Notes under the pieces: generated by a model | The model's database searches: none | Told to the model about the DNA's origin: nothing | The model's input: the letters and a program-made list of their open reading frames with translations, nothing else | Position numbers and translations under genes: made by a program | NCBI GenBank assembly: GCA_937139605.1 | Contig: CAKZQG010000011.1 | Span: forward strand, 1-64,000 | Source: an uncultured bacterium | GTDB taxonomy: Bacteria; DRYD01 | DNA length: 64,000 nucleotides | Direction of reading: 5' to 3' | In this document: positions 30,977-41,447 of the stretch, piece by piece | How positions within the stretch are numbered: position 1 is the first letter of the stretch | Layout of the letters: each line of letters starts with the position of its first letter

Positions 30977-33358
30977 TTATACTTTAGCTTCATCAGTTAG
31001 TTTAGATTGGTTTTGATGTTTAGAAGCCAATTTTTGTAGTTCAATTTTAGCTTCTTCAGTATCAAGTAATGATCCCTTATTAGATACATATACAGCAATT
31101 AACAATAGAATTAGGCTTATTAAAACAGCAAATATTTTAACAGGTAAAGACACTTCAGCACCAACAGCAATTAATGGAGCAATTAGTAAAGCTACCAAGT
31201 TTATTACTTTAATTAATGGGTTAATAGCAGGTCCGGTAGTATCTTTTAAAGGATCTCCAACAGTATCCCCAACAACAGCCGCTTTATGATATTCTGTACC
31301 TTTTCCTCCTAAGAATCCTTCTTCTATCTTCTTTTTAGCGTTATCCCATAATCCCCCAGCATTAGCCATATAAACTGCTAATAATTGTCCTACTAATATA
31401 ACTCCACCTAAGAAAGCTCCTAAAGCTTCAGCATTAAATAAAAATCCAACTAAAATAGGAGAAAATACCCCTAAGATTCCAGGACCTATTAATTCTTTTT
31501 GGGCAGCAGTAGTCGCTATACTTACACATTTCCCATATTCTGGTTTAGCTTGACCTTCTTTTAAACCAGGGATTTCCCTAAATTGTCTTCTAACTTCTTC
31601 TACTATTTTAAAAGCGCTTCTACCAACAGCATTTATAGTAAAACTAGCAAAAAAGAAAGGAATGGCTCCCCCAAAAAGCAAGCCTAAAAACACTAATGGC
31701 TGATCTATTCTTATACCGGTAGTTAAATTAGCGGAGCTAACATAAGATACAAACAAAGATACTGCAGCAAAAACAGCAGTAGCTATAGCTAATCCTTTAG
31801 TTAATGCCTTAGTAGTATTACCTACAGCATCTAATTTAGCTATAATCTCTTGTGGTCTTTTATTATCGAGCTTATTAGCGATACCTGACATTTCAAAGAC
31901 TCCATTAGCATTATCACTAATAGGCCCATAAGTATCCATAGCAAGGATATATCCAGTAGTAGTAAGCAATCCAACTCCTGCTAACGAGATAGCATACATC
32001 TGTAGATATAAGTTATTATCAGGTAAGAAAAGTAAATAAGATAAAGCGATAACAAAGATGATAGCTAATATAGCCCAAGCACTACTTTGATACCCATGAG
32101 CCATACCACTTAATATCAAAGTAGCAGTTCCAGTTTTAGAAGAATAGGAAGTTTCAGTTACCGGTAGTTTATCAATATGAGTATAATAATCAGTAATATA
32201 TAAAGTAATAGCAGCTAAAACAACTCCTAAGGAAGTAGCTAAAAAGAATCTAAAGTCATGCCCAAACCAGTTAGCCCAAGAAGGGGTAGTAGGAAGGATA
32301 GGAATTAAAAAATTAATAAAGAAAGCTCCAATTAATGTAGTAAATAAAGAAATCCAGAAACCGAAATTGATTGGTCTCATTGGATTAGTATCGTCTTCTT
32401 TAGGATTTAGTGATATTACTCCAATGATAGCAGTAATAGCACCTAAGGCTCTTATTAGTAATGGATAAAATACTAAAAGTAGTACCCAGTTATTTATATT
32501 ATAATTATTTTGTAGTAAAAGGTTTTTAAAGTTTTGATCTAAGAATACAACGACTCCAAGGACAATAGAAGCGACTAAAGTGACTGCATAGCTTTCAAAT
32601 ACGTCAGCAACCATACCAGCACAATCTCCTACGTTATCACCGACATTATCTGCAATAACAGCAGGGTTCCTAGGGTCATCTTCAGGAATCCCTGCTTCAA
32701 CTTTACCCACTATATCGGCTCCAACATCAGCGGCTTTAGTATAAATTCCTCCACCAACCCGCATAAACAATGCTCCCAATGATCCCCCAAACCCAAATCC
32801 AATAAATACTTTAACAGCTTCTTCTTTATAAATAAAAAACAATAAGACAGCACCTAAGAGAGCTAACCCAACAGTAGCCATCCCAGCTACGCTACCAGCT
32901 CTAAAAGCTATTTTCATAGCATTAACATAACTATTAATAGCAGCATAAGCAGTTCTTTGGTTAGCTCTTACTGCCAAATACATTCCTAAGAAACCAGCAG
33001 TATAAGAAAACCCTACTCCTAATAAGAAAGCAAAACTAACCCCTAATGCTAAAAAAGAATTATTAAATATGGAATTATATAAAAAGAACAATGCAATAGC
33101 TAAGATAATAACAAATAGGGACATAGTATTAAGTTGTTTATTAAGGTAAGCTTGGGCTCCTTCTTGGATAGCAGCTGCTACTTGTTGCATCTCTGGAGTT
33201 CCTGGATCTTTTTTCATTATATTAAAAAATGTTCCTAAACCAAAAGCTATACTAATTAATGCAGAAACTAATATTATTAATAAATAAAAATATTCATTAG
33301 AGCTTAAAGTAGGTAAAGTTATTGTAGTTTCTGAAGCTAAAAGCATTATACTAAACAT
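30977..33358 (-). CDS. hppA: Membrane-bound H+-translocating pyrophosphatase, K+-independent type
   Basis: [19 protein letters not shown] and [21 protein letters not shown] signature motifs. GNTTKA has Lys at the position that distinguishes K+-independent enzymes (Ala in K+-dependent ones). Confidence 0.9.
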   Translation of the reverse strand: MFSIMLLASETTITLPTLSSNEYFYLLIILVSALISIAFGLGTFFNIMKKDPGTPEMQQVAAAIQEGAQAYLNKQLNTMSLFVIILAIALFFLYNSIFNNSFLALGVSFAFLLGVGFSYTAGFLGMYLAVRANQRTAYAAINSYVNAMKIAFRAGSVAGMATVGLALLGAVLLFFIYKEEAVKVFIGFGFGGSLGALFMRVGGGIYTKAADVGADIVGKVEAGIPEDDPRNPAVIADNVGDNVGDCAGMVADVFESYAVTLVASIVLGVVVFLDQNFKNLLLQNNYNINNWVLLLVFYPLLIRALGAITAIIGVISLNPKEDDTNPMRPINFGFWISLFTTLIGAFFINFLIPILPTTPSWANWFGHDFRFFLATSLGVVLAAITLYITDYYTHIDKLPVTETSYSSKTGTATLILSGMAHGYQSSAWAILAIIFVIALSYLLFLPDNNLYLQMYAISLAGVGLLTTTGYILAMDTYGPISDNANGVFEMSGIANKLDNKRPQEIIAKLDAVGNTTKALTKGLAIATAVFAAVSLFVSYVSSANLTTGIRIDQPLVFLGLLFGGAIPFFFASFTINAVGRSAFKIVEEVRRQFREIPGLKEGQAKPEYGKCVSIATTAAQKELIGPGILGVFSPILVGFLFNAEALGAFLGGVILVGQLLAVYMANAGGLWDNAKKKIEEGFLGGKGTEYHKAAVVGDTVGDPLKDTTGPAINPLIKVINLVALLIAPLIAVGAEVSLPVKIFAVLISLILLLIAVYVSNKGSLLDTEEAKIELQKLASKHQNQSKLTDEAKV

Positions 33359-33561
33359 ATTTTTTTATTTATTCCCTATATTTAGGGGCAAGGATAATTT
33401 ATATTCCGCCATCCTTGCTTAGCGGTTTTTTTACTAACTTATTATAAATATTCTTTAAAATAATACTCAACCCTTTATTTAAAAAAATAATCAAAAAACA
33501 TTAATAAAAAAATATTAAATTAAATAAGAGGAAATATAATATAATATCTAAATAATAAAAT

Positions 33562-35895
33562 ATGGAAGAGAAAACTCAAAGTGACATTACAATAAGAATT
33601 CAAAAAGAATCTGATTTAAAAGATTATTCTGAAAACTTTTTTATAGATTTAAAAAATATAAAAAATATAGGGAACTATGAAATAATAACGGAATTGGAAA
33701 CGCAAGGGGGACAAGCTGATATATTTCTTGTTAAAAATAAAAATCAACAACATTTTGTTTTAAAATTATATAAAAAAAATGTAGATATAAATAATTTAGC
33801 TATAAATAAAGTAATAGAATTATCTAGAATTTATCCCCAATATTTTCTTAAAATTTATGAATTAAACTATGAACCTGAATTACAAAGATATTATGAAGTT
33901 CAAGAATACATAGAATATGGAAACTTAGAAGAATTTCATAAAAAAATTCTATATAAAGATCTTAATTATTCATTAATTGATAAAATAATTTATAAAATAA
34001 ATGAAGCATTAAATATTTTACATTCCAATGGGATTATTCATAGAGATCTTAAGCCTTCAAATATTTTAATTAGAAATATAATAAAATCAAATAATAAAAT
34101 AACGGATTTAGAGCTAGTATTATCTGATTTTAATATATCTGCTTTAATAGATATAAGTATAACAAAAAAAATGACCCAAGACATAAAGGGAACAATTCTT
34201 TACTTAGCTCCTGAAAGCTTTAGTAATATTGTAAAAAAAGAATCAGATTACTGGGCTTTAGGGATAATCCTTTATGAACTTCTTACTAATTGTAATCCAT
34301 TTCAAAACATAAACGTAAATTTAATAATTTATACTTTACTAACAAAAGGAATAGAAATTCCAAATAATCTACCATTAAAGTATCAACTTTTACTAAAAGG
34401 TTTATTACAAACTAACCCAGATAAAAGATTCACTTATAATCAAGTAAAAGAAATCCTAAATGCTAAAACAGACCAAGAACTAACAAAAATCTATGAAAAA
34501 TATTTTAAAGATACACAAAATAATACTAATAATTTAAAAACAATAATAAAATACAATAATAAAGAATATTATTCTATAGAGAATTTATTAGTTGAATTTA
34601 TAAGGGATTATGAATCATTTTTAAGTGGTTTAGAATTCTTTAAAACTAAAGATTTTGAAAACTTATTATCTCAAACAGATAAAGAAATAATAAAAAAAAT
34701 ATATTCATATGGTGTTATTGATGATATTGCTTTTAGTTTATTTCTTTCTTATAAACTCAATCTTCCTTTTTCTCTTTATAATATTCAAATTAATTCCCAA
34801 AATATAACTTCTATAATTGATAAGTATTTGGATAAAATAGAGTTAAGTCCTAGTGAACATAAAATTCTAAACCTTATAAAAAACATATTTTCAAATAATT
34901 CTCAAAATTTAGAAAAATATTACAACATATATGCTAATATAACTAATAAAATAGATCCCAAGTTAGAAACTTTTTTTAATAATTTATCTAAGATAAATTT
35001 TTATAATCAAAAAAATATAAGTATAGATAATATTTTGAGATTTGTTTTAATATTGAGTTTAACTGATAAAAAAAAATATATACTTCCTAAAGGTTTAAAT
35101 AATTTTAATATATTTGAGTATAACTTATCTTATAATATTCCAGTAATAAGCTATATAATAGAAAGAAGTGAAATAGATTATTTAAATAGGATTTACATTT
35201 TACCTTATGAAGTTAAAAATTTAGCAAATGCTTCTATAAGAGATTACATTCAGATAGTATCTTGGCTAAAGAATAACAAAGATGATTTAATATTAAAAAA
35301 AGATATAACTATTTCAAGAGATATATCAATAAAGGAATATGAAGTATTAAAGAAAAAGGTCTTACAACAAAAGATAAAAACTCCAACTTCCTCACAAAGA
35401 GTTATTAATATAAATCCCATAGAATTTAATAAACTAGTTATAATAAATAGATTGTTAATGGAGAATAATTTAAGAGATAATGAGTTAAATTATTATTTAA
35501 ATAATCCTCAAAATTTAAACTGGCAGATATATGATAGAATATATAAAAGGAACATAAAAAAGTTAGTAGATGTAATATATTCAAAGAATAGGCGGTTTAG
35601 AATTCCTTCTAGTTTAATTGTTTTATTTTTTTTATCTATATTTTCTTGTTTATTTTTGGGGATAGGTTTTTTTGTATGTAGAAATCCTTTCACTTTTTTA
35701 TATATGTTTGGTTGGAATTATGAATATTTATATTCATGTTTATTTGGGGGAATATTTTTAGTATTTTTAATTCCTTTAATAGTTTCCCCTTTTATAATAA
35801 GTGATTTATTATTTTATAGAAATATAAGTAAAGAAAAAATACAGATAGAACTAGAGAATAGAATTGATATGGAAGCTAAAAGGAATTTAAGATAA
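33562..35895 (+). CDS. Hanks-type Ser/Thr protein kinase with long C-terminal extension ending in transmembrane helices
   Basis: Gly-rich loop region, VLKLYKK (Lys), HRDLKPSNIL catalytic loop, DFNIS (DFG variant), APE (LAPESF). Then ~400 aa of unknown domain and 3-4 TM helices (LIVLFFLSIFSCLFLGIGFFVC...). Confidence 0.8.
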   Translation: MEEKTQSDITIRIQKESDLKDYSENFFIDLKNIKNIGNYEIITELETQGGQADIFLVKNKNQQHFVLKLYKKNVDINNLAINKVIELSRIYPQYFLKIYELNYEPELQRYYEVQEYIEYGNLEEFHKKILYKDLNYSLIDKIIYKINEALNILHSNGIIHRDLKPSNILIRNIIKSNNKITDLELVLSDFNISALIDISITKKMTQDIKGTILYLAPESFSNIVKKESDYWALGIILYELLTNCNPFQNINVNLIIYTLLTKGIEIPNNLPLKYQLLLKGLLQTNPDKRFTYNQVKEILNAKTDQELTKIYEKYFKDTQNNTNNLKTIIKYNNKEYYSIENLLVEFIRDYESFLSGLEFFKTKDFENLLSQTDKEIIKKIYSYGVIDDIAFSLFLSYKLNLPFSLYNIQINSQNITSIIDKYLDKIELSPSEHKILNLIKNIFSNNSQNLEKYYNIYANITNKIDPKLETFFNNLSKINFYNQKNISIDNILRFVLILSLTDKKKYILPKGLNNFNIFEYNLSYNIPVISYIIERSEIDYLNRIYILPYEVKNLANASIRDYIQIVSWLKNNKDDLILKKDITISRDISIKEYEVLKKKVLQQKIKTPTSSQRVININPIEFNKLVIINRLLMENNLRDNELNYYLNNPQNLNWQIYDRIYKRNIKKLVDVIYSKNRRFRIPSSLIVLFFLSIFSCLFLGIGFFVCRNPFTFLYMFGWNYEYLYSCLFGGIFLVFLIPLIVSPFIISDLLFYRNISKEKIQIELENRIDMEAKRNLR

Positions 35896-35953
35896 TTAAA
35901 AAATGAAATAAAAGGAGGAAATTTAAAAGGGTTGGATAATAATAAAAATAGGG

Positions 35954-36026
35954 AGCGGTAGTAGCTCAGTTGGTAGAGCTCTAGCCTTCCAAGCTAGATG
36001 TCGCGGGTTCGAGTCCCGTCTACCGC
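35954..36026 (+). tRNA. tRNA-Gly (anticodon UCC)
   Basis: Cloverleaf folds by hand: acceptor GCGGTAG/CTACCGC, D-arm GCTC-AGTTGGTA-GAGC, anticodon stem CTAGC/GCTAG with loop CTTCCAA, T-arm GCGGG-TTCGAGT-CCCGT, discriminator T. Followed by T7 run. Coordinates +/-1. Confidence 0.85.
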
Positions 36027-36041
36027 TTTTTTTAATCTCAT

Positions 36042-38150
36042 ATGACCCCCTACCAACTCCTTTATAAAATTTTTAAAGATTATATAAAAACTAAAAACCT
36101 ACAATTCTTTTCATTTGAAAACCAAGAATCACTTAACATCTTTATTAATATCTTCAAAAAAAATATCCAAAATCTAAACATTATATCTATTAACGATTTA
36201 TTTTATAATTTTTTAAACTATACTAAAAATTTAGATAATACTAAAAATTTAGATAACACTAAAGAATTTAAAAACCAATTTTCTAATTTAATTTCCGAAA
36301 ACTATAATAACACACCTTTAATAATACTAGTTAATTTTAATGATTTTATAAGTAATATTGAACAATTATCAATTTTTTTCAAAAATATTATTGATAATTC
36401 AATTCAAAATAATTTTCAAAATGATTTTTTTTTTATTATAGATAAACGGAGTTTAAATTTAATTAGTTTATCCAAAGAAATTCTAAATATAGATGAATTA
36501 GATTTCAACTTATTTTTAAATCTTATTAATAACATAGTATTTTTAGGATATAACTTAAAAGAAAGCTTTTCTAATAACTTTTTCTTAAAGTTATTTAAAT
36601 ATTGTAATAACTCAATTTTAGATGTTTTTATAATATATCAAATAGTTGACAAATTTTTTAAAGAAAATCATAAAACCAAACTTTCATTTAACAAAACCTT
36701 CTTAAAAGAAATAATATATTATTTAGAAGAAAATTTCAATATAAATAAAAATTACTCTAATTTAATTAATAAAGATAACTATATAAAAATATTTTATTTT
36801 GTTTTAAACAATATAATAGAGAACATAGAAGAAAACTCATTTTTATACGATTTTAACATTAAAGAAAAGATATTTTATAAATATTATATTTTAAATCAGT
36901 ATTATCATGATTTAGAAAAAACTTTTGCTAAAAATTTGATAGATATCCAAATTAACACAAATAAATTCTTAAATATAATAAATACAATAGAAAATTCAGT
37001 AAAATTATTAAAAAAGAATGTATTATTAAATCCTATTTTATATATATCAAAATCAAATGATACAAACAACCTAAAAGAATTAAACAAATTAGAAGAAATC
37101 TTACAAATAATAATTAGCATATCAAAAAATCCACCTAAGGAATTAGAAAATATCTTATTATACTTAAGAGAAACTCTATACAATCAAAATGCTAAAAATA
37201 ATAACGATAAAAATAATAATGATAAAAACAACATAGAAGATAGCATAGTTTTATTATTTACTTTACTTTCAATTTTGATAGGAAATAATTTTTTATTACT
37301 AAAAATACAAGAAAAAGATTATAATCTACTATTATTATTTAATACAAATAATATTAACTTAAATGTAACTAATTTAAAAGAGACACTAATAAATAAATTA
37401 AGATTTTTACCAAACCTTAATATTATAGATTTAAAAACAATAGAATTACAAAATACAGAGCAACTGTATGAAATTTTTATAGATTTTATAATATCTACTA
37501 TCCAAAATGCTACAAAAACTACTAATGCCCAAAAACTAAAAATAATAGAATTAATATTAAATTCTAACTTATTAGCAAAAGATACAAATTTTTTAAATAA
37601 TAAAGCATTTTATTATATTATGATTAATAATAATAATTTAGCTAAGGAATACTTAGACCTCTTTTTTGAGGTTAATCCTAACTCAAACGATGATAATGGT
37701 ATAGTTATTTATAATTTAGCATATATAAATTATGTTAAAGGAGATTATAAAAAAGCTCTTAAAATTCTGGAAGATTTTATAAATAACATAAAAAAAGAAT
37801 CATTTTTTAGTGTTATTAAAACTATCCTACCTATTCCATTTAAAAATATACTGAAAAAAATCAAGGATAATAATTTAAATCCTAATTTAGAATTCTTTTT
37901 TAATATAGAATTTAATATCTCAGTTTATGTTTTGTTTTTACTATCAATTGCCAATTTATATTATCTTTTAGATGATAAAGAAAAAGCGCTAAAAATAATT
38001 GAACAAATCAAAAGTTTTGATTATGAGATTAACTTAGTAAGATTAAACGATATAAAGTTCTATAAAAAATCTACTGCTATTATATACAAAGATACAACAA
38101 TCTTACCAAAAGATAACACTTTTGAACTATTTATTAAATTAATAAAATAG
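36042..38150 (+). CDS. Hypothetical Asn/Ile/Lys-rich protein (702 aa)
   Basis: ORF begins 15 nt after tRNA-Gly with no RBS (true start uncertain). Contains tandem 18-bp DNA repeats (36223-36258, TKNLDN x2) and NNNDK repeats (~37195-37230). No domain recognised. Confidence 0.35.
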   Translation: MTPYQLLYKIFKDYIKTKNLQFFSFENQESLNIFINIFKKNIQNLNIISINDLFYNFLNYTKNLDNTKNLDNTKEFKNQFSNLISENYNNTPLIILVNFNDFISNIEQLSIFFKNIIDNSIQNNFQNDFFFIIDKRSLNLISLSKEILNIDELDFNLFLNLINNIVFLGYNLKESFSNNFFLKLFKYCNNSILDVFIIYQIVDKFFKENHKTKLSFNKTFLKEIIYYLEENFNINKNYSNLINKDNYIKIFYFVLNNIIENIEENSFLYDFNIKEKIFYKYYILNQYYHDLEKTFAKNLIDIQINTNKFLNIINTIENSVKLLKKNVLLNPILYISKSNDTNNLKELNKLEEILQIIISISKNPPKELENILLYLRETLYNQNAKNNNDKNNNDKNNIEDSIVLLFTLLSILIGNNFLLLKIQEKDYNLLLLFNTNNINLNVTNLKETLINKLRFLPNLNIIDLKTIELQNTEQLYEIFIDFIISTIQNATKTTNAQKLKIIELILNSNLLAKDTNFLNNKAFYYIMINNNNLAKEYLDLFFEVNPNSNDDNGIVIYNLAYINYVKGDYKKALKILEDFINNIKKESFFSVIKTILPIPFKNILKKIKDNNLNPNLEFFFNIEFNISVYVLFLLSIANLYYLLDDKEKALKIIEQIKSFDYEINLVRLNDIKFYKKSTAIIYKDTTILPKDNTFELFIKLIK

Positions 38151-38151
38151 C

Positions 38152-39186
38152 TTATAATTTAAAAGAAAAGGAATTGATAATATTATCAATAGCGTTAGTA
38201 TAAGTTATTTTCCCTTCTTTTATATCTTTTTCTAATTCAAAGAACTTATTAATTAGGCTAATAAAAAACTTAGAATATTTTTGGGATATATAATTAATTT
38301 CTTTTATATAAGGCATCAATTTTATTATCCTATATTTATTAGCTTTTAAATTAGAAGCAATTAGATTAATATTTTCTCCAACTTTTGTATATTCATTATA
38401 AGCTTTTATAAGAAATAACACCTGACTATAAATTAATCCCCAAACTTCCTCTATAGTTAAATCTTTAAAATATCCTTTTTCTATCTGATTTAACAACCCC
38501 ATTAAAGATCTATATTTTCCATAAGAATTCCTAAATAATATATCAAATAAATCCTGGATTATAATAAAAACATTTACAGAAGTTAAATCAAATAACTGAA
38601 ATTCATTTATATAATCTAATATCTCATCTTGGCTAACATCAGAAATAACTAAGGATAAATTTTTCAAAATCACTTCTGCTTGAATTATATCAACTCTATT
38701 AACTATTGTCTCGATTATATTATAAGGGATATTTGGATAATTTTTAGCTAAAATTTTTATCTTATCATCTTTTTTTTCAATATACTCTTTAAAATTATCC
38801 TTTAAAACTTTATAAATCTCTTGATCTATTTTGGATATTTCTTCTAATTTTAGATCTTCTAAATCTATTATTATATTTATATTATTTTGGATTATATTAA
38901 AAATAATTAGTTTTAATTGATTTAATAAGTTTTGTTTTTCTTTTTTATCTTTTAAACTATCTAAAATTAAAGTAGAAAAAGAATAAATAATAAATAACTT
39001 TTTCGTATTAAAGAGATCTTTCTGAAATAAAATTTCCTTTATTATTTTTAATCTCTCTTTAATTGTCGATAAAGTTTTTAAATCAATTGTTTGTATAGTT
39101 ATATCTTTGGAATTAGATTTTATAAAAGATATTAAAATATCTATTGCTTGCTTGTTATTATTTGTAGTATTTACTATATATCTCAT
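38152..39186 (-). CDS. Hypothetical protein, possibly DNA polymerase III delta subunit (HolA)-like
   Basis: Size (344 aa) and helical C-terminal region (FQLFDLTSVNVFIIIQDLFDILFRNSYGKYRSLMGLLNQIEKG) loosely resemble HolA. Low confidence. Confidence 0.25.
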   Translation of the reverse strand: MRYIVNTTNNNKQAIDILISFIKSNSKDITIQTIDLKTLSTIKERLKIIKEILFQKDLFNTKKLFIIYSFSTLILDSLKDKKEKQNLLNQLKLIIFNIIQNNINIIIDLEDLKLEEISKIDQEIYKVLKDNFKEYIEKKDDKIKILAKNYPNIPYNIIETIVNRVDIIQAEVILKNLSLVISDVSQDEILDYINEFQLFDLTSVNVFIIIQDLFDILFRNSYGKYRSLMGLLNQIEKGYFKDLTIEEVWGLIYSQVLFLIKAYNEYTKVGENINLIASNLKANKYRIIKLMPYIKEINYISQKYSKFFISLINKFFELEKDIKEGKITYTNAIDNIINSFSFKL

Positions 39187-40397
39187 TATTTAACTGTTAA
39201 TTTAAAGTTATCTAATTCTTGTTTAAAATCGAGATTATATATATCATTCTCAATTGCTTTCTTTAAAAATAAAGTTGCATTAGTTTTATTAAAATTAGAT
39301 AAAACTTTATAAATTAAAAAATAAGCATATGATTTATTAGGAAATTTAGATATACTATTAAATAATATTTTTAAAGCTTGTTCATAAGAGATATTATCTT
39401 TTTTTAATATTAATTCTAAGGCTTGTGATATCTCATTATAATACTCATCTGAATTATATTTTTTATTTTGGTTTATAAAATAACATAAATCTTGCTCATT
39501 TTTTAGATATTTTGAATAAAACCTATACTTTATCCACATAGTATTAAAATAAACTTCATTTATAATATCCTTACTAGATTTTAAAAATGAAGGTAATAAA
39601 TAAATATTGTCTAACATTTTAAAAGATTCATCAAAATTATATAATTGATAATAAAAATTAGCTAACATTAAATAAACTTTAATATCTTTTATATTTTTTA
39701 AATTACTAATTGCTTCATTGTATTTTCCTAATTTCCAATAAAGATTAGATTTAGCTATATATCCTTCATTAAATTTTCTATTAAGTTTTATAGAATAATC
39801 ATAATTAAATAAAGCATTAGGAATATCATTTAATCTCTCATAATTTTTAGCTAAAACATAATGATAATAATAAAATCCTTTCATTTTTTTTTGTAAATCT
39901 AAAAGAATATCTAATGATTCTTTGTAGTATTGTTTTTTAATTTCCGGAGTTAAAGAGTAATTATTATCAGTTTTTGTAATAATTATAATAGCTTTAGCAA
40001 AAAGAGCATCCGGATTCAATTTATCCTCATTTAGCACATCATATACTAACTTCTCTGCATTATAAATATCACCCTTACTTAAATAATAATATATTTCCTT
40101 TGTATCTACCTTAGAAAATACTTTTAAATTTGATATCATAAAAAAATAAACAGAAATAATGAAAATAATAAAAATAATTTTTACCAACTTATTTTTAGAT
40201 TTAATTCCTTTTAATATTTCTATATTTGACTTAGAAATACTAAAATAAGAAGCCAAAAGTTGTACTAATTCCTGATTAGCTTTATTATCTACAGGTAAAG
40301 ATTTTAAAAACACTTCATAATTATTTTCATCTATTTTTATAATCTTACTTACTTTAGAATTGGGTTTTACTTTTATGTTTATAAGCTTTTCATTCAT
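39186..40397 (-). CDS. YggU/DUF167-domain fused to TM helix and TPR-repeat domain
   Basis: N-terminal 75 aa (VKPNSKVSKI...LPVDNKANQELVQLLASYFSISKSNIEILKGIKSKNKLVKI) matches the YggU/UPF0235 pattern. Followed by hydrophobic IIFIIFIISVYFFMISNL and multiple TPR-like Tyr/Asn-rich helical repeats. Confidence 0.5.
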   Translation of the reverse strand: MNEKLINIKVKPNSKVSKIIKIDENNYEVFLKSLPVDNKANQELVQLLASYFSISKSNIEILKGIKSKNKLVKIIFIIFIISVYFFMISNLKVFSKVDTKEIYYYLSKGDIYNAEKLVYDVLNEDKLNPDALFAKAIIIITKTDNNYSLTPEIKKQYYKESLDILLDLQKKMKGFYYYHYVLAKNYERLNDIPNALFNYDYSIKLNRKFNEGYIAKSNLYWKLGKYNEAISNLKNIKDIKVYLMLANFYYQLYNFDESFKMLDNIYLLPSFLKSSKDIINEVYFNTMWIKYRFYSKYLKNEQDLCYFINQNKKYNSDEYYNEISQALELILKKDNISYEQALKILFNSISKFPNKSYAYFLIYKVLSNFNKTNATLFLKKAIENDIYNLDFKQELDNFKLTVK

Positions 40398-40407
40398 ATT
40401 TTATTTT

Positions 40408-41424
40408 TTATAATTCAATAGTAGTAATTAAGCCGGAATTATTTATCTTAAAAGGTAATTCCATTAGGTTAAATTCTTTCATAATATTAAGGACTTTTTC
40501 TTTTTGATTAGTAATGATAAAGATAGTTCCTCCACCTGCAGCTCCACACAATTTATACCCAAATGCATACTTATCAACTTCATTTAAAAAATTTTCGATA
40601 ATAGTATTAGTATGTTCCTTAGTTAGAGTTTTTCTTATATTCCATTCTTGTTTAACTAATAGTCCAATTTTTTCTATGTCATTAGTAGATATAAGCTCAT
40701 ATAGATCTTCAGATATTTCTTGGATTTTTTTTAATTTATTTATAGTTTCTACTTCTTTATCTAATACATTTTTAACTACTTTCCAGTTTAGGTTCCCTGA
40801 TTCATGTTCAAAACCAGAGTATGCTAAAACCATATGATTTTCTAAATTTTTTATCAATTCTTGTTGATTTATTTTTTCTATAACATATTGATTTTTATCA
40901 AAGAAGATAACATTAATCCCACCGTTAATAGCAGCAATATAATCTTGTTTTCCCGTTAAAGTATGTAATACTTTAGCTTCTATAAATGATGCTGTATCTA
41001 TTATATCATAATCATTGTAATTAGTATATAAGCTTTTGTTTATTTTTAATAGATTTTTAATAATAGTAATAAGTAATGAAGAAGATGCCCCTAACCCTGA
41101 TTTTAACGGTGCTTCATTATATGTTAATATCTTATATCCTTTTAATACATCAATATTCAAAGTTTTAAAAGATTCATATACCAATTTAGTTTCAGCTAAA
41201 TCTTTTATCTGATTTAAATCCTTTATCTTATATATTCTATTTAAGTCTTTTATTTGTATTTCCATATATTCGTTATCCGTTATAGTTTCTATTATACAAT
41301 TACTAAAGATATTAATAGCTACATTTATTGTGATACTTGTTCCTAAGAGTATATATAAAGGGAATATATCTAACGTTCCTCCGCATAAATCTATCCTATT
41401 TGGAGCAATACTTCTTATTTTCAT
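40408..41424 (-). CDS. GHMP-family sugar kinase (HddA / heptose-7-phosphate-kinase-like)
   Basis: SIAPNRIDLCGGTLD N-terminal motif and PLKSGLGASSSLLITII (GHMP ATP-binding motif PxGSGLGSSAA). Confidence 0.55.
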   Translation of the reverse strand: MKIRSIAPNRIDLCGGTLDIFPLYILLGTSITINVAINIFSNCIIETITDNEYMEIQIKDLNRIYKIKDLNQIKDLAETKLVYESFKTLNIDVLKGYKILTYNEAPLKSGLGASSSLLITIIKNLLKINKSLYTNYNDYDIIDTASFIEAKVLHTLTGKQDYIAAINGGINVIFFDKNQYVIEKINQQELIKNLENHMVLAYSGFEHESGNLNWKVVKNVLDKEVETINKLKKIQEISEDLYELISTNDIEKIGLLVKQEWNIRKTLTKEHTNTIIENFLNEVDKYAFGYKLCGAAGGGTIFIITNQKEKVLNIMKEFNLMELPFKINNSGLITTIEL

Positions 41425-41447
41425 AAATAAGTCTCTCCTTTTTATAT

